From Paludibacteraceae bacterium (GTDB lineage: Bacteria; Bacteroidota; Bacteroidia; Bacteroidales; Paludibacteraceae), in the NCBI GenBank assembly GCA_017448985.1, contig JAFSKL010000010.1, positions 20,250 through 84,249 on the forward strand: a stretch of DNA of 64,000 nucleotides, read 5' to 3'. The notes beneath the pieces are model-generated. The model worked only from the letters and a program-made list of their open reading frames with translations, had not been told where the DNA came from and did no database searches. Shown one piece after another: positions 43,282 through 51,739 of the stretch; the stretch's first letter is position 1; each line of letters begins with the position of its first letter. Both the position numbers and the translations under genes were made by a program.

Positions 43282-44586
43282 ATGAAAAACAGATCTCTTC
43301 AAATTCGCCTCATTGTGATGAACTTCCTGGAGTTCGCCATTTGGGGCTCGTATCTCATCTGTATGGGCCGCTATCTGGCGGAACACGGAATGGGAACGCA
43401 CATCGGTATTTTCTACTCTATTCAGGGTATTGTGTCCATCTTTATGCCTGCCCTCATGGGTATCGTGGCCGACCGTTGGATTCCGGCGCAAAAGACCCTT
43501 AGTCTGTGCCACTTGATGGCCGGACTGTTCATGGGCGCAGCGGGTATCTATGGTCTGAGTGCCGGCGACGCCGTAGCCTTCGGGCCGTTGTTCTCGCTCT
43601 ACGCGCTTTCAGTAGCGTTCTATATGCCGACAATAGCGTTGACCAACTCCGTGGCCTTCAATGCCTTGGTCAAATCGGGGATGGATACGGTGAAAGACTT
43701 CCCGCCGATTCGCGTATTCGGTACCGTTGGATTCATCGTTATGGAGTGGGCTGTCGACCTGTTGGGATTTCAAGCGACGGCTCACCAGTTCGCCGTCAGC
43801 GGAGGTCTGAGCCTGCTGCTCGCTGCTTATTCGTTGACCTTGCCGAATTGCGACATCACCAAGAAAGAAGGCAAAGTGGATCTCGTGGAAGCACTGGGAC
43901 TCAACGCCTTCAAACTGTTCAAGCAGAAGAAAATGGCGCTGTTCTTCATCTTCTGTATGTGCCTTGGCGTCAGTCTGCAAATCACCAATGGTTTTGCTAC
44001 GCCGTTCCTCGGCAGCTTTGCTGCAGCACCGGAATTTGCAGAGACCTTTGCCGTTAAGCATAGTACTATCCTTGTTTCCATCAGTCAGATTTGCGAGGCT
44101 GTTTGTATTCTGTTGATTCCGTTCTTCCTCAAGCGTTTCGGTATCAAGAATGTGATGCTGCTGGCTATGTTCGCATGGGTACTCCGCTTCGCATTCTTCG
44201 GTATGGGAAATCCGGGAATGCCGGGTGTACTGCTGTTCGTACTCAGTTGTATCGTGTACGGTTTCGCGTTCGACTTCTTCAATATCTCCGGTGCGCTCTA
44301 TGTGGACCAGGAGACCGATCCGTCAATGCGTTCGAGTGCGCAAGGCCTGTTTATGGTAATGACCAATGGTGTCGGCGCTACGGTAGGTACCCTTGCCGCG
44401 CAGGCTGTTGTCAACAAGAATGTATATGCCTTGGGCGAGGCGGCACGGTTTGCCGATGTTTGGGCAGGTTGGAAAGCCTCGTGGTACACCTTCGCTGCCT
44501 TTGCATTGGCCGTAGCGATTCTCTTCTGGATTTTCTTCCCGAAGACAGCGGCCAATAAGAAAATTGAGGTAGACCACAAATTGTAG
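43282..44586 (+). CDS. MFS nucleoside:H+ symporter family permease (NupG/XapB-like)
   Basis: 12-TM MFS protein. N-terminus LQIRLIVMNFLEFAIWGSYL is typical of the nucleoside permease family. Confidence 0.75.
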   Translation: MKNRSLQIRLIVMNFLEFAIWGSYLICMGRYLAEHGMGTHIGIFYSIQGIVSIFMPALMGIVADRWIPAQKTLSLCHLMAGLFMGAAGIYGLSAGDAVAFGPLFSLYALSVAFYMPTIALTNSVAFNALVKSGMDTVKDFPPIRVFGTVGFIVMEWAVDLLGFQATAHQFAVSGGLSLLLAAYSLTLPNCDITKKEGKVDLVEALGLNAFKLFKQKKMALFFIFCMCLGVSLQITNGFATPFLGSFAAAPEFAETFAVKHSTILVSISQICEAVCILLIPFFLKRFGIKNVMLLAMFAWVLRFAFFGMGNPGMPGVLLFVLSCIVYGFAFDFFNISGALYVDQETDPSMRSSAQGLFMVMTNGVGATVGTLAAQAVVNKNVYALGEAARFADVWAGWKASWYTFAAFALAVAILFWIFFPKTAANKKIEVDHKL

Positions 44587-44606
44587 TTTAAAGTTGAAAG
44601 TGTATT
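44586..44606. repeat. Short GTTGAAA-family array at the permease junction
   Basis: GTTTAAA GTTGAAA GTGTATT. Includes the TTG start of the ABC-2 permease. Confidence 0.5.
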
Positions 44607-45265
44607 GGAAGGAACTTCGATATTACTTCTCGACGCCGATAGCCTATATCGTCATTGGCCTGTACCTGCTGGCGATCAGTCTATTCCTTTGGGTCATTCC
44701 GGGTCAGTGGAACATCATTGACTCGGGATATGCCCAAGTGGATGGCCTGTTTCAACTCAGTCCTTGGCTGTTCATGCTCCTTTGTCCGGCGTTGACCATG
44801 CGACTTTTGTCCGAGGAACGGCAGTCAGGAATGTGGAATCTGATTCGGACCAAACCCGTATCGCTCACCCGCATCATGCTCGGCAAGTATTTCGCCGCGT
44901 GGACATTAGTGCTGATTGGCTTGCTGCCTTGCCTTGTCCATTATTTCGTGGTCGCTTACATGGCCGAACCAATGGGCAACTTGGATAGCGGAGCCTTTAC
45001 GGGTTCTTTCATCGGTCTGATACTCCTCAGCGGTTCGTTCATGGCCATAGGCCTTCTGTGCGCTACCCTCAGCAAGAGCCAGATCGTCTGTTTCATCACG
45101 GGCGCATTGAGCTGTTTTGTGCTCTATTGGATCCTGATGCAGGACCACTACTCGTCCCTCTCTCGCGGCGTACTCGACCTCCGGGACATAGTCTTTTTCG
45201 TTTCCATCGCCGTCATCGCGATCGTGGCTGCTATTCTCACCATAGATCGCCTCACGAAGAAATAA
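44594..45265 (+). CDS. ABC-2 type transporter permease (GldF-like)
   Basis: TTG start. FSTPIAYIVIGLYLL...LSEERQSGMWNL motif as in GldF/CcmB-like permeases. No cognate ATPase is adjacent. Confidence 0.6.
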   Translation: MKVYWKELRYYFSTPIAYIVIGLYLLAISLFLWVIPGQWNIIDSGYAQVDGLFQLSPWLFMLLCPALTMRLLSEERQSGMWNLIRTKPVSLTRIMLGKYFAAWTLVLIGLLPCLVHYFVVAYMAEPMGNLDSGAFTGSFIGLILLSGSFMAIGLLCATLSKSQIVCFITGALSCFVLYWILMQDHYSSLSRGVLDLRDIVFFVSIAVIAIVAAILTIDRLTKK

Positions 45266-45288
45266 ATCGTAAATCGTACATCATTATA

Positions 45289-45783
45289 ATGACTCGCATC
45301 GGCATTCTTTCTGATACTCATGGTTTGTTGGACAAACGCGTCTTGGAGCATTTCAAGGATGTGGACGAGATTTGGCACGCCGGCGATATAGGCAGCGAGG
45401 ATGTGTTGCGCCGTTTGCGGGAGTTCAAACCCATGCGCGCGGTGTTCGGCAACATGGATAGCGGCGATGTGCGGTACTCCTTGTCGGAGTTCTATCGTTT
45501 CCGCGTAGAGGAAGTGAATGTGCTCATGACCCATATAGGCGGCTATCCAGGACACTATAACCCTTGGCTCATTCCCTTGTTTCGGAAAGAACCGCCGGAC
45601 TTGTTTGTCTGCGGACACAGCCATATTCTCAAAGTACAGTATGACCCCTTGTTTAAGTTCCTCACCCTCAATCCAGGAGCGGCCGGCAAACAGGGATGGC
45701 AGCCTTGCCAAACACTTTTGAGACTGACTATCGACGGAAGCAAGATTGACAATTTGGAAGTAATTGAGTTGGGAAGGGTGTAA
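45289..45783 (+). CDS. Metallophosphoesterase (YfcE/MJ0936 family)
   Basis: IGILSDTHG, WHAGD and GHSH motifs. ATG 45289 is used instead of the long overlapping track ORF. Confidence 0.85.
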   Translation: MTRIGILSDTHGLLDKRVLEHFKDVDEIWHAGDIGSEDVLRRLREFKPMRAVFGNMDSGDVRYSLSEFYRFRVEEVNVLMTHIGGYPGHYNPWLIPLFRKEPPDLFVCGHSHILKVQYDPLFKFLTLNPGAAGKQGWQPCQTLLRLTIDGSKIDNLEVIELGRV

Positions 45784-45859
45784 AAATTGACGATTTTTGT
45801 AACAAAATGCAAAAAAACACGCATTTTTTCGCAAATATGTTATAAAACACAAAAAAAAA

Positions 45860-45891
45860 TTTGGTCATATCAAAAAATTGTTGTACCTTTG
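45860..45891 (+). promoter_or_regulatory. Orphan promoter of the candidate sRNA
   Basis: TTTGGTCATAT, 20 nt spacer, TACCTTTG. Confidence 0.55.
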
Positions 45892-45897
45892 CAACGG

Positions 45898-46020
45898 ATT
45901 TGAGGATGATAAGTGTAGTTGACAAAATCCAATAAGGCAGACCAATCTTTTTTGTACCTTAAATAAACAGACTAATACCAAAGAAAAACAGGCGTCGCGA
46001 GGACGGCTGTTTTCGCTTTT
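45898..46020 (+). ncRNA. Candidate small RNA (orphan promoter to intrinsic terminator, ~120 nt)
   Basis: A consensus promoter (TTTG 45860-63, TACCTTTG 45884-91) is followed by no ORF longer than 9 codons. There is a 5' hairpin GGATTT...AAATCC. A terminator hairpin AACAG-GCGTC...GACGG-CTGTT precedes TTTCGCTTTT (45987-46020). Confidence 0.3.
45987..46020 (+). terminator. Intrinsic terminator closing the candidate sRNA
   Basis: Interrupted 9-bp stem followed by TTTCGCTTTT. Confidence 0.5.
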
Positions 46021-46075
46021 AATAAGGAAGGCACAAAAAACCGCTTAACTTGAGAATGATCCTACCTTAATAACA

Positions 46076-46105
46076 ATCCCGCCTACTCTTCCGAGAGGGC
46101 GGGAT
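46076..46105. terminator. Hairpin downstream of dcp
   Basis: ATCCCGCC, 14-nt loop with inner CTC/GAG pairs, GGCGGGAT. Lies 30 nt after the dcp stop. Confidence 0.6.
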
Positions 46106-46135
46106 TTACTTTGAACAAGGGAGACCTAAGCAGAC

Positions 46136-48283
46136 CTATTTAATCTCCTGCGCTTTGATACCGTCACGCTCGAGCAGGGCATTGATGGTTGGCTCGCCTC
46201 CGCGGAAACGCTTGTACAGATCCATAGGCTTCTCGGTACCGCCTTTCTCCAGTATGTTCTCACGGAAGCGCTTGGCAGCTTTCTTGTCGAAGATAGTGCC
46301 GCTGGTCTTTTTCGCCTCCTTGAATACCGAAAAAGCGTCCGCATCGAGCAGTTCGGACCATTTATAGCTGTAATAGCCCGCAGCGTAGCCGCCGGAGAAG
46401 ATGTGCGTGAAGGCGGTTGCCATCTGCGTTCCGGGCACATTGGGCAGCACTTTGACCTGCTCCATCGCCTCGTCGCTGAAGCGTACTACCGACTCGATAG
46501 TACCAATCGACTCGTTCACCTCAAACGGTTTCTCCAAGCTGTGCCAAGCCATGTCGAGATAGCCGAAACTGAGTTGGCGCGCACACGCATAAGCGGCGTG
46601 GAAAGTCTGGGAAGCATGCATCTTGTCCAGCAGTTCCTGCGGCAAAGCCTCGCCGGTCTTGTAGTGTTTGGCGAATGTATCGAGGAATTCTTTCTCGTCG
46701 ATGAAGTTCTCGTTGAACTGACTCGGCAGCTCGACGAAATCGCGCGGCACGTTCGTTCCGCTCTGCGCCGAATACTGACAGCGGGTCAGCATACCATGAA
46801 GCGCATGGCCAAACTCATGCAGGAAAGTGCGCACTTCGTCATAGGTGAACAATGCCGGCTTCTCGGCCGTCGGACGGGTGAAGTTCATCACATTCACGAT
46901 ATGCGGACGATGGTCCTTCTTGCCTTTGATGAACTGCGGTTGGAAATCATTCATCCATGCGCCGCCGCGTTTGCCGTCCCGCGGATGGAAGTCCGCATAG
47001 TAAACGGCGAGGAACTTGCCTTTCTCGTCAAACACCTCATAAGCCGTCACTTCCGGATTATACACCTGAATATTCTTGTTCTCTTTGAATTTCAGCCCGT
47101 AGAGGCGCTCTGCCAAGCCGAACACACCTTTCTTAACGCTCTCCAGCTCAAAATACGGACGCAGGTCGTCATCCGAAATGGAGAATTTCTCCTGTTTGAG
47201 CTTCTTGCTGTAATAACTGAAATCCCACGGCTGCAGATGTGCCGCATAGAACCCGTGCGCATGGGCATAATCCTCCACCTCTTTCACTTCCTCCAGAGCC
47301 GTCGGCATATACGCATCACGTAGTTCGTCGAGCAGTTTATACACATTCTCCGGCGTTTCGGCCATCGTCTTGTAGAGCGACTTGTCGGCATATGTCTTCT
47401 TGTCAAACAGCTTGGCCAAAGCGAGACGCGTGTTCACAATCTCGACGATGATACCCGTGTTGTCAAACTCGCCGCCGATACACTTGCCCACATTGGCCAT
47501 GTACAGTTCACGGCGTATATCGCGGTTGTCGAGGTCCTTCATCACAGGAATCGTGGTCGTCGGTTTGAGGTTCAGCAGCCATCCGTCCAGGCCTTTCTTC
47601 TCGGCATTGGCGCGTAGCATACCTTTGGTATCCTCGTTCAGACCAGCCAAAAGGCTCTCGTCGGTCAGCAGCATCGTCCAGGCGTTCGTCGCTTTAAGCA
47701 CATTCTGGCCGAACTGCAGCGTCAGCTGGCTCAGCTTGGCGGTCAGCTCACGATACACCTGCTTGTCTTCGGGACTGAGGTTGGCGCCGTTGTTGGCGAA
47801 ACTCTCGTAAATGTCCTCCAACAGTTTCATCTGTGCCTTGTTCAGTTTGAGTTTGTCACGCTGGTCATAGACAGCCTTGATGCGCTTGAACAGACCTTCG
47901 TTCAGACGAATTGTGGAAGCGTATTCGGACATCTTCGGACTGAGTTCCATCTCAATCTGCTGCAGCGAGTCATTGGTCTCAGCGCTCGTCAGGTTGTAGA
48001 AACAGCCGGCCACAATGCCTAACATCTCGCCGGAAGCCTCATAGGCCTCGATCGTGTTCTTGAAGGTCGGCGCAGCGGGGTTGTTGACGATGTCGTCTAT
48101 CTCCTTCAGACCTTGCTTGAATGCCTCCTCGAAAGCAGGCATATAATGCTCCGCGTGAATCTCGTTAAACGGATAAGTGCCATGCGGCGTTTTCCAGTTC
48201 TTGTAGTCAAAGAACGGGTTCGTAGCAGCACTCGCTGCCAATACGGTACCGGCTAATGCCATAGTGAGAATAGATTTTTTCAT
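46136..48283 (-). CDS. dcp: Peptidyl-dipeptidase Dcp (M3 family zinc metallopeptidase)
   Basis: HEFGHALHG zinc motif, signal peptide, 715 aa. Confidence 0.9.
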   Translation of the reverse strand: MKKSILTMALAGTVLAASAATNPFFDYKNWKTPHGTYPFNEIHAEHYMPAFEEAFKQGLKEIDDIVNNPAAPTFKNTIEAYEASGEMLGIVAGCFYNLTSAETNDSLQQIEMELSPKMSEYASTIRLNEGLFKRIKAVYDQRDKLKLNKAQMKLLEDIYESFANNGANLSPEDKQVYRELTAKLSQLTLQFGQNVLKATNAWTMLLTDESLLAGLNEDTKGMLRANAEKKGLDGWLLNLKPTTTIPVMKDLDNRDIRRELYMANVGKCIGGEFDNTGIIVEIVNTRLALAKLFDKKTYADKSLYKTMAETPENVYKLLDELRDAYMPTALEEVKEVEDYAHAHGFYAAHLQPWDFSYYSKKLKQEKFSISDDDLRPYFELESVKKGVFGLAERLYGLKFKENKNIQVYNPEVTAYEVFDEKGKFLAVYYADFHPRDGKRGGAWMNDFQPQFIKGKKDHRPHIVNVMNFTRPTAEKPALFTYDEVRTFLHEFGHALHGMLTRCQYSAQSGTNVPRDFVELPSQFNENFIDEKEFLDTFAKHYKTGEALPQELLDKMHASQTFHAAYACARQLSFGYLDMAWHSLEKPFEVNESIGTIESVVRFSDEAMEQVKVLPNVPGTQMATAFTHIFSGGYAAGYYSYKWSELLDADAFSVFKEAKKTSGTIFDKKAAKRFRENILEKGGTEKPMDLYKRFRGGEPTINALLERDGIKAQEIK

Positions 48284-49602
48284 TATTTTTTACCTCTTAT
48301 TAGATTAATATCTCCTGACATCTGATAGACGCCTATCAGCGACTCGTCAGCTTTCAGTTTGCGTTTCTTGTACGATGCTTTCAGGCCCACATACTGCGCA
48401 TTCTTGGCGGCATCGGTTCCCAAAGCGCGAATAACATAGAAATACGCGCCTTCGGCAGCAGGACGGCCTCCTATGTTGCCGTCCCATCCTTTGGCGGGAT
48501 CGGTCCATTCATACACAAGGTGTCCCCAACGGTTGTAAACCCAGCAATGGAACTCGCGCAACGAACGATACGCCACGCGGAACTCATCGTTGATACCGTC
48601 GCCGTTCGGCGTGAACACATTCGGCACTCGCAGGTACGACTCCGAGATAGAGATCACCTGCTCCATCGAATCCGACTCGCAGTACTGGTTGTTCACGCGG
48701 CATACCACGCGATATGAACCGGGTTCCGAGAACGCATAGCGGATCTCTTTGTCGGCACGCGTAGCTATTTTGTCCGTGGACTTATAGATGGTCCATTGGT
48801 AGAACTGCGCCGCAGGCGTGGGATTAGAATAGAAAGCCGCCTCCAACACACCGCTGTAGCTCTTGCCGTCCTCAATGGTCTGTTCTACCAAACGCTCCAG
48901 CTCGTTGTTGCCTGCCGGATCATTCTCTTTGGCGGTACCAAGCGTCACTAACTGCAGATTGACCGCGCGTATCTCTTCCTCTTTGACATCAACCTCCACG
49001 CACGCCGGCGCCAAGTCCAATGTATCACGCAGACCGGCATCGTAGCACAGTTTCATCGGCGTCTTGCCGTACAGAGCAAACGGCAGGTTGATCTGGCTCG
49101 ACAGTTTCGGTTTCACCTGTGCTGCCGAATCCACCCACTCTTCCGTATTCCACGCCAGCGCATTATAATCTAAGGTACACGCGCGCGCATACGAACCGGT
49201 CGTGCCGTTCCGGCGGGTGTAGGTATAGGGCGCCACATCGCCCGTCAGACGAAGGATCGTGTTGTCGCAGTTAGGCTCCACCGTCATGTCGATGTCCGCC
49301 GGCTTGACCGTGAACACATAGAACGGCGTGTACTCCGTATCTCCCTTCACGATGAAATAACCACCGTCCTCCGGATAGAAATAGTCGTCATTCGATTGTA
49401 CGACAGCGCCGGTCTCCGTCGAGTACCAGTCCACTTTGTCGATTAGCGAATGAAGCGCTATCTTGTTCTGGAAGAAGAAGATCGTGTCCGTGCCGTTCAC
49501 GCGCATGGTGGCTTTCTCTGTACTGACGCACTCCACATTGATCGGCAACGCATACAGCATCACCGGCAAAACCAAAAGCACTATGGATAAGAGCCGTTTC
49601 AT
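48283..49602 (-). CDS. T9SS type B sorting (gliding-motility C-terminal) domain protein
   Basis: C-terminal VPNVFTPNGDGINDEF...WVYNRWGHLVYEW...GWDG signature, and an N-terminal signal peptide. Confidence 0.8.
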   Translation of the reverse strand: MKRLLSIVLLVLPVMLYALPINVECVSTEKATMRVNGTDTIFFFQNKIALHSLIDKVDWYSTETGAVVQSNDDYFYPEDGGYFIVKGDTEYTPFYVFTVKPADIDMTVEPNCDNTILRLTGDVAPYTYTRRNGTTGSYARACTLDYNALAWNTEEWVDSAAQVKPKLSSQINLPFALYGKTPMKLCYDAGLRDTLDLAPACVEVDVKEEEIRAVNLQLVTLGTAKENDPAGNNELERLVEQTIEDGKSYSGVLEAAFYSNPTPAAQFYQWTIYKSTDKIATRADKEIRYAFSEPGSYRVVCRVNNQYCESDSMEQVISISESYLRVPNVFTPNGDGINDEFRVAYRSLREFHCWVYNRWGHLVYEWTDPAKGWDGNIGGRPAAEGAYFYVIRALGTDAAKNAQYVGLKASYKKRKLKADESLIGVYQMSGDINLIRGKK

Positions 49603-50519
49603 TTATTAACCTGAAAGCGTGTATTGCCGTTTTCAATAAAATCAACGATCTGCTTGGCGGCAGCTATTCCGGCATTGATGTTGGCCTCGGCCGTTTGTGC
49701 GCCCATCTTCTTCGGCGTTGCGAAGTAACGGCCTTCGAACAAAGTGCGGAACTTCGCGTCTGCAGCCGGCATAATATCCGTCATGTACTTCAAATCAGGA
49801 CGCTCCTGCATCAGCGTGATCAGACCTTCTTCGTCAATCACTTCCTTGCGCGCCGTGTTGACCAGGATACCGCCTTTCGGCAGCAGATTCACCAAATCAT
49901 GGTTAATACTGTTCTTCGTCTCGGGCGTAGCAGGTATATGCAGACTGACGATGTCGCAAGTCCGGTATAGTTCTTCTGCGCTGTGAACGGGTGTCACATG
50001 AGCAGCCGTCATCGCCTCGTCCGGGCAATAGGCATCGTAGGCATATACTTCCATACCGAAGCCTTGCGCAATACGCGCCACATTACGACCCACATTGCCG
50101 AACGCGTGAATACCTAATTTCTTGCCTTTCAGCTCCGTGCCGCTCGTTCCGTTGTACAAATTGCGCACGGCAAAGACCATCAGACCTAACGCCAATTCGG
50201 CTACGGCATTGCTGTTCTGTCCGGGCGTGTTCATCGCTACCACTTTATGGGCGGTTGCAGCCTCGAGGTCGATATTGTCGTATCCTGCACCGGCACGAAC
50301 GACGATCTTCAGCTGTTTGGCAGCATCCAACACCGCGCCATCCACGATGTCCGAACGGATGATCAAGGCATCGGCCTCAGCTACCGCGTCCAACAACTGC
50401 TGCTTGTCTGTATATTTCTCGAGCAGCGCCAACTCATAGCCGGCTTTCTCCACTACCTCGCGGATGACGTCAACGGCCACTTTCGCGAACGGTTTCTCTG
50501 TTGCTACTAATACTTTCAT
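49599..50519 (-). CDS. serA: D-3-phosphoglycerate dehydrogenase (short form)
   Basis: 2-hydroxyacid dehydrogenase fold (GIHAFGNVGRNVA). Lies next to serC. Confidence 0.85.
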   Translation of the reverse strand: MKVLVATEKPFAKVAVDVIREVVEKAGYELALLEKYTDKQQLLDAVAEADALIIRSDIVDGAVLDAAKQLKIVVRAGAGYDNIDLEAATAHKVVAMNTPGQNSNAVAELALGLMVFAVRNLYNGTSGTELKGKKLGIHAFGNVGRNVARIAQGFGMEVYAYDAYCPDEAMTAAHVTPVHSAEELYRTCDIVSLHIPATPETKNSINHDLVNLLPKGGILVNTARKEVIDEEGLITLMQERPDLKYMTDIMPAADAKFRTLFEGRYFATPKKMGAQTAEANINAGIAAAKQIVDFIENGNTRFQVNK

Positions 50520-50520
50520 A

Positions 50521-50637
50521 AAGTTTACTATTTTTAAGATTTTGCCTCTCTAAACGCACAAGGGGTAATACCGTGGTTAAACCGTGGGTAAACCGTGGTT
50601 AAACCGTATGCACAAAAATGTACGATTATTAAGATTT
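50521..50637 (-). repeat. ~118-bp dispersed intergenic element, copy B (serC / serA spacer)
   Basis: Reverse complement matches 27487-27604. It has the same orientation relative to the flanking genes. Confidence 0.9.
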
Positions 50638-51715
50638 AGTGCAATTTCTCATATTCATGGATGCAATCGACGAGCGCCTGCACGCCTTCGAGGTCCATCG
50701 CGTTGTAGCAGCTCGCGCGGAAACCGCCGACGAGACGGTGCCCCTTGATGCCTACCATACCACGCTGGGTAGCAAACTGGAAAAAATCGTCCTGCAAATC
50801 CGCGTACTCGGGTTTGAACACGAAGCAGATGTTCATGCGGCTGCGGTCCTCTTTATCCAGAATCGTCGGTGTGAACAGTTTGGACTCGTCGAGGCACTTG
50901 TAGAGCAGTTCGGCTTTCGCTTTGTTGCGCGCCTCAATCCACTTCACACCGCCGTTCGCTTTCAGCCAGCGAAGAGTCAGCAAGGCCGTATAGATAGGCA
51001 GCACAGGAGGCGTGTTGAACATCGAACCGCCGTCTATATGCGTCTGATAATTGAGCATCGTCGGGATGTAACGGCTCACGCGGCCGAGGCAACTCTCTTT
51101 GATGATGACGAACGTCACACCTGCCGGCGCCAGGTTCTTCTGCGCACCGCCGTAGATGATGTCGTACTGACTCACGTCTATTGGACGACTCAGGATATCA
51201 GAACTCATATCGGCTATCAAAGGCACGTTGACTTTCTTCGCATAGATCTGCTGCAGCTTGGCGTCGCTGATCTCCGTTCCGAAAATGGTGTTGTTGGTCG
51301 TGATGTGGAAATAGTCCGCGTCTTGCGGTATCTCGTAGTCCGCAGGAATGGAGTTCGTGCTCTCCGCCACTTGTACCACTTCGCCGAAACCTTTCGCCTC
51401 TTTGATGGCTTTCTTCGACCAAACGCCGGTGTTCAGATAAGCCGCCTTGTGCTCTAACATGTTGAACGGTACCATGCAGAATTGCAGACTGGCACCGCCG
51501 CCGAGGAACAGCACACGATACCCTTCCGGCACATTGAGCAACTCTTTGAACAGCGCTTCCGCCTCGTCCACTACCGGCTGGAAATACTTGGCACGGTGCG
51601 AAATCTCCAATACAGACAGACCCTCTCCCTGAAAATCCAGCACAGCTTCCGCCGTTTGTTTGATCACTTCTTGTGGCAGGATACTCGGTCCCGCATTAAA
51701 GTTATATTTCTTCAT
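50636..51715 (-). CDS. serC: Phosphoserine aminotransferase
   Basis: [28 protein letters not shown] and FRASCYNA motifs. Confidence 0.95.
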   Translation of the reverse strand: MKKYNFNAGPSILPQEVIKQTAEAVLDFQGEGLSVLEISHRAKYFQPVVDEAEALFKELLNVPEGYRVLFLGGGASLQFCMVPFNMLEHKAAYLNTGVWSKKAIKEAKGFGEVVQVAESTNSIPADYEIPQDADYFHITTNNTIFGTEISDAKLQQIYAKKVNVPLIADMSSDILSRPIDVSQYDIIYGGAQKNLAPAGVTFVIIKESCLGRVSRYIPTMLNYQTHIDGGSMFNTPPVLPIYTALLTLRWLKANGGVKWIEARNKAKAELLYKCLDESKLFTPTILDKEDRSRMNICFVFKPEYADLQDDFFQFATQRGMVGIKGHRLVGGFRASCYNAMDLEGVQALVDCIHEYEKLH

Positions 51716-51739
51716 GATATATAAATTTTTAATTCTTAA

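Noticed and set aside
42409-43512. 367-aa minus-strand ORF across prfC and the nucleoside permease start
   Set aside because: It is antisense to two well-supported genes and crosses their intergenic spacer. No motifs.
45784-45860. A/T-rich imperfect palindrome TGCAAAAAAACACGCATTTTTTCGCA after the phosphoesterase gene as a terminator
   Set aside because: The stem is almost entirely A-T pairs with a register slip, so predicted stability is too low to call.
46403-47323. 306-aa + strand ORF inside dcp. The same reasoning applies to 50639-51457, 58453-59253, 39456-40352, 37352-38272, 28467-29315, 35110-35871, 21200-21808 and 21836-22438.
   Set aside because: All are antisense to genes with strong family signatures, as is typical of moderately GC-rich coding DNA. 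None has a promoter box or recognisable domain.
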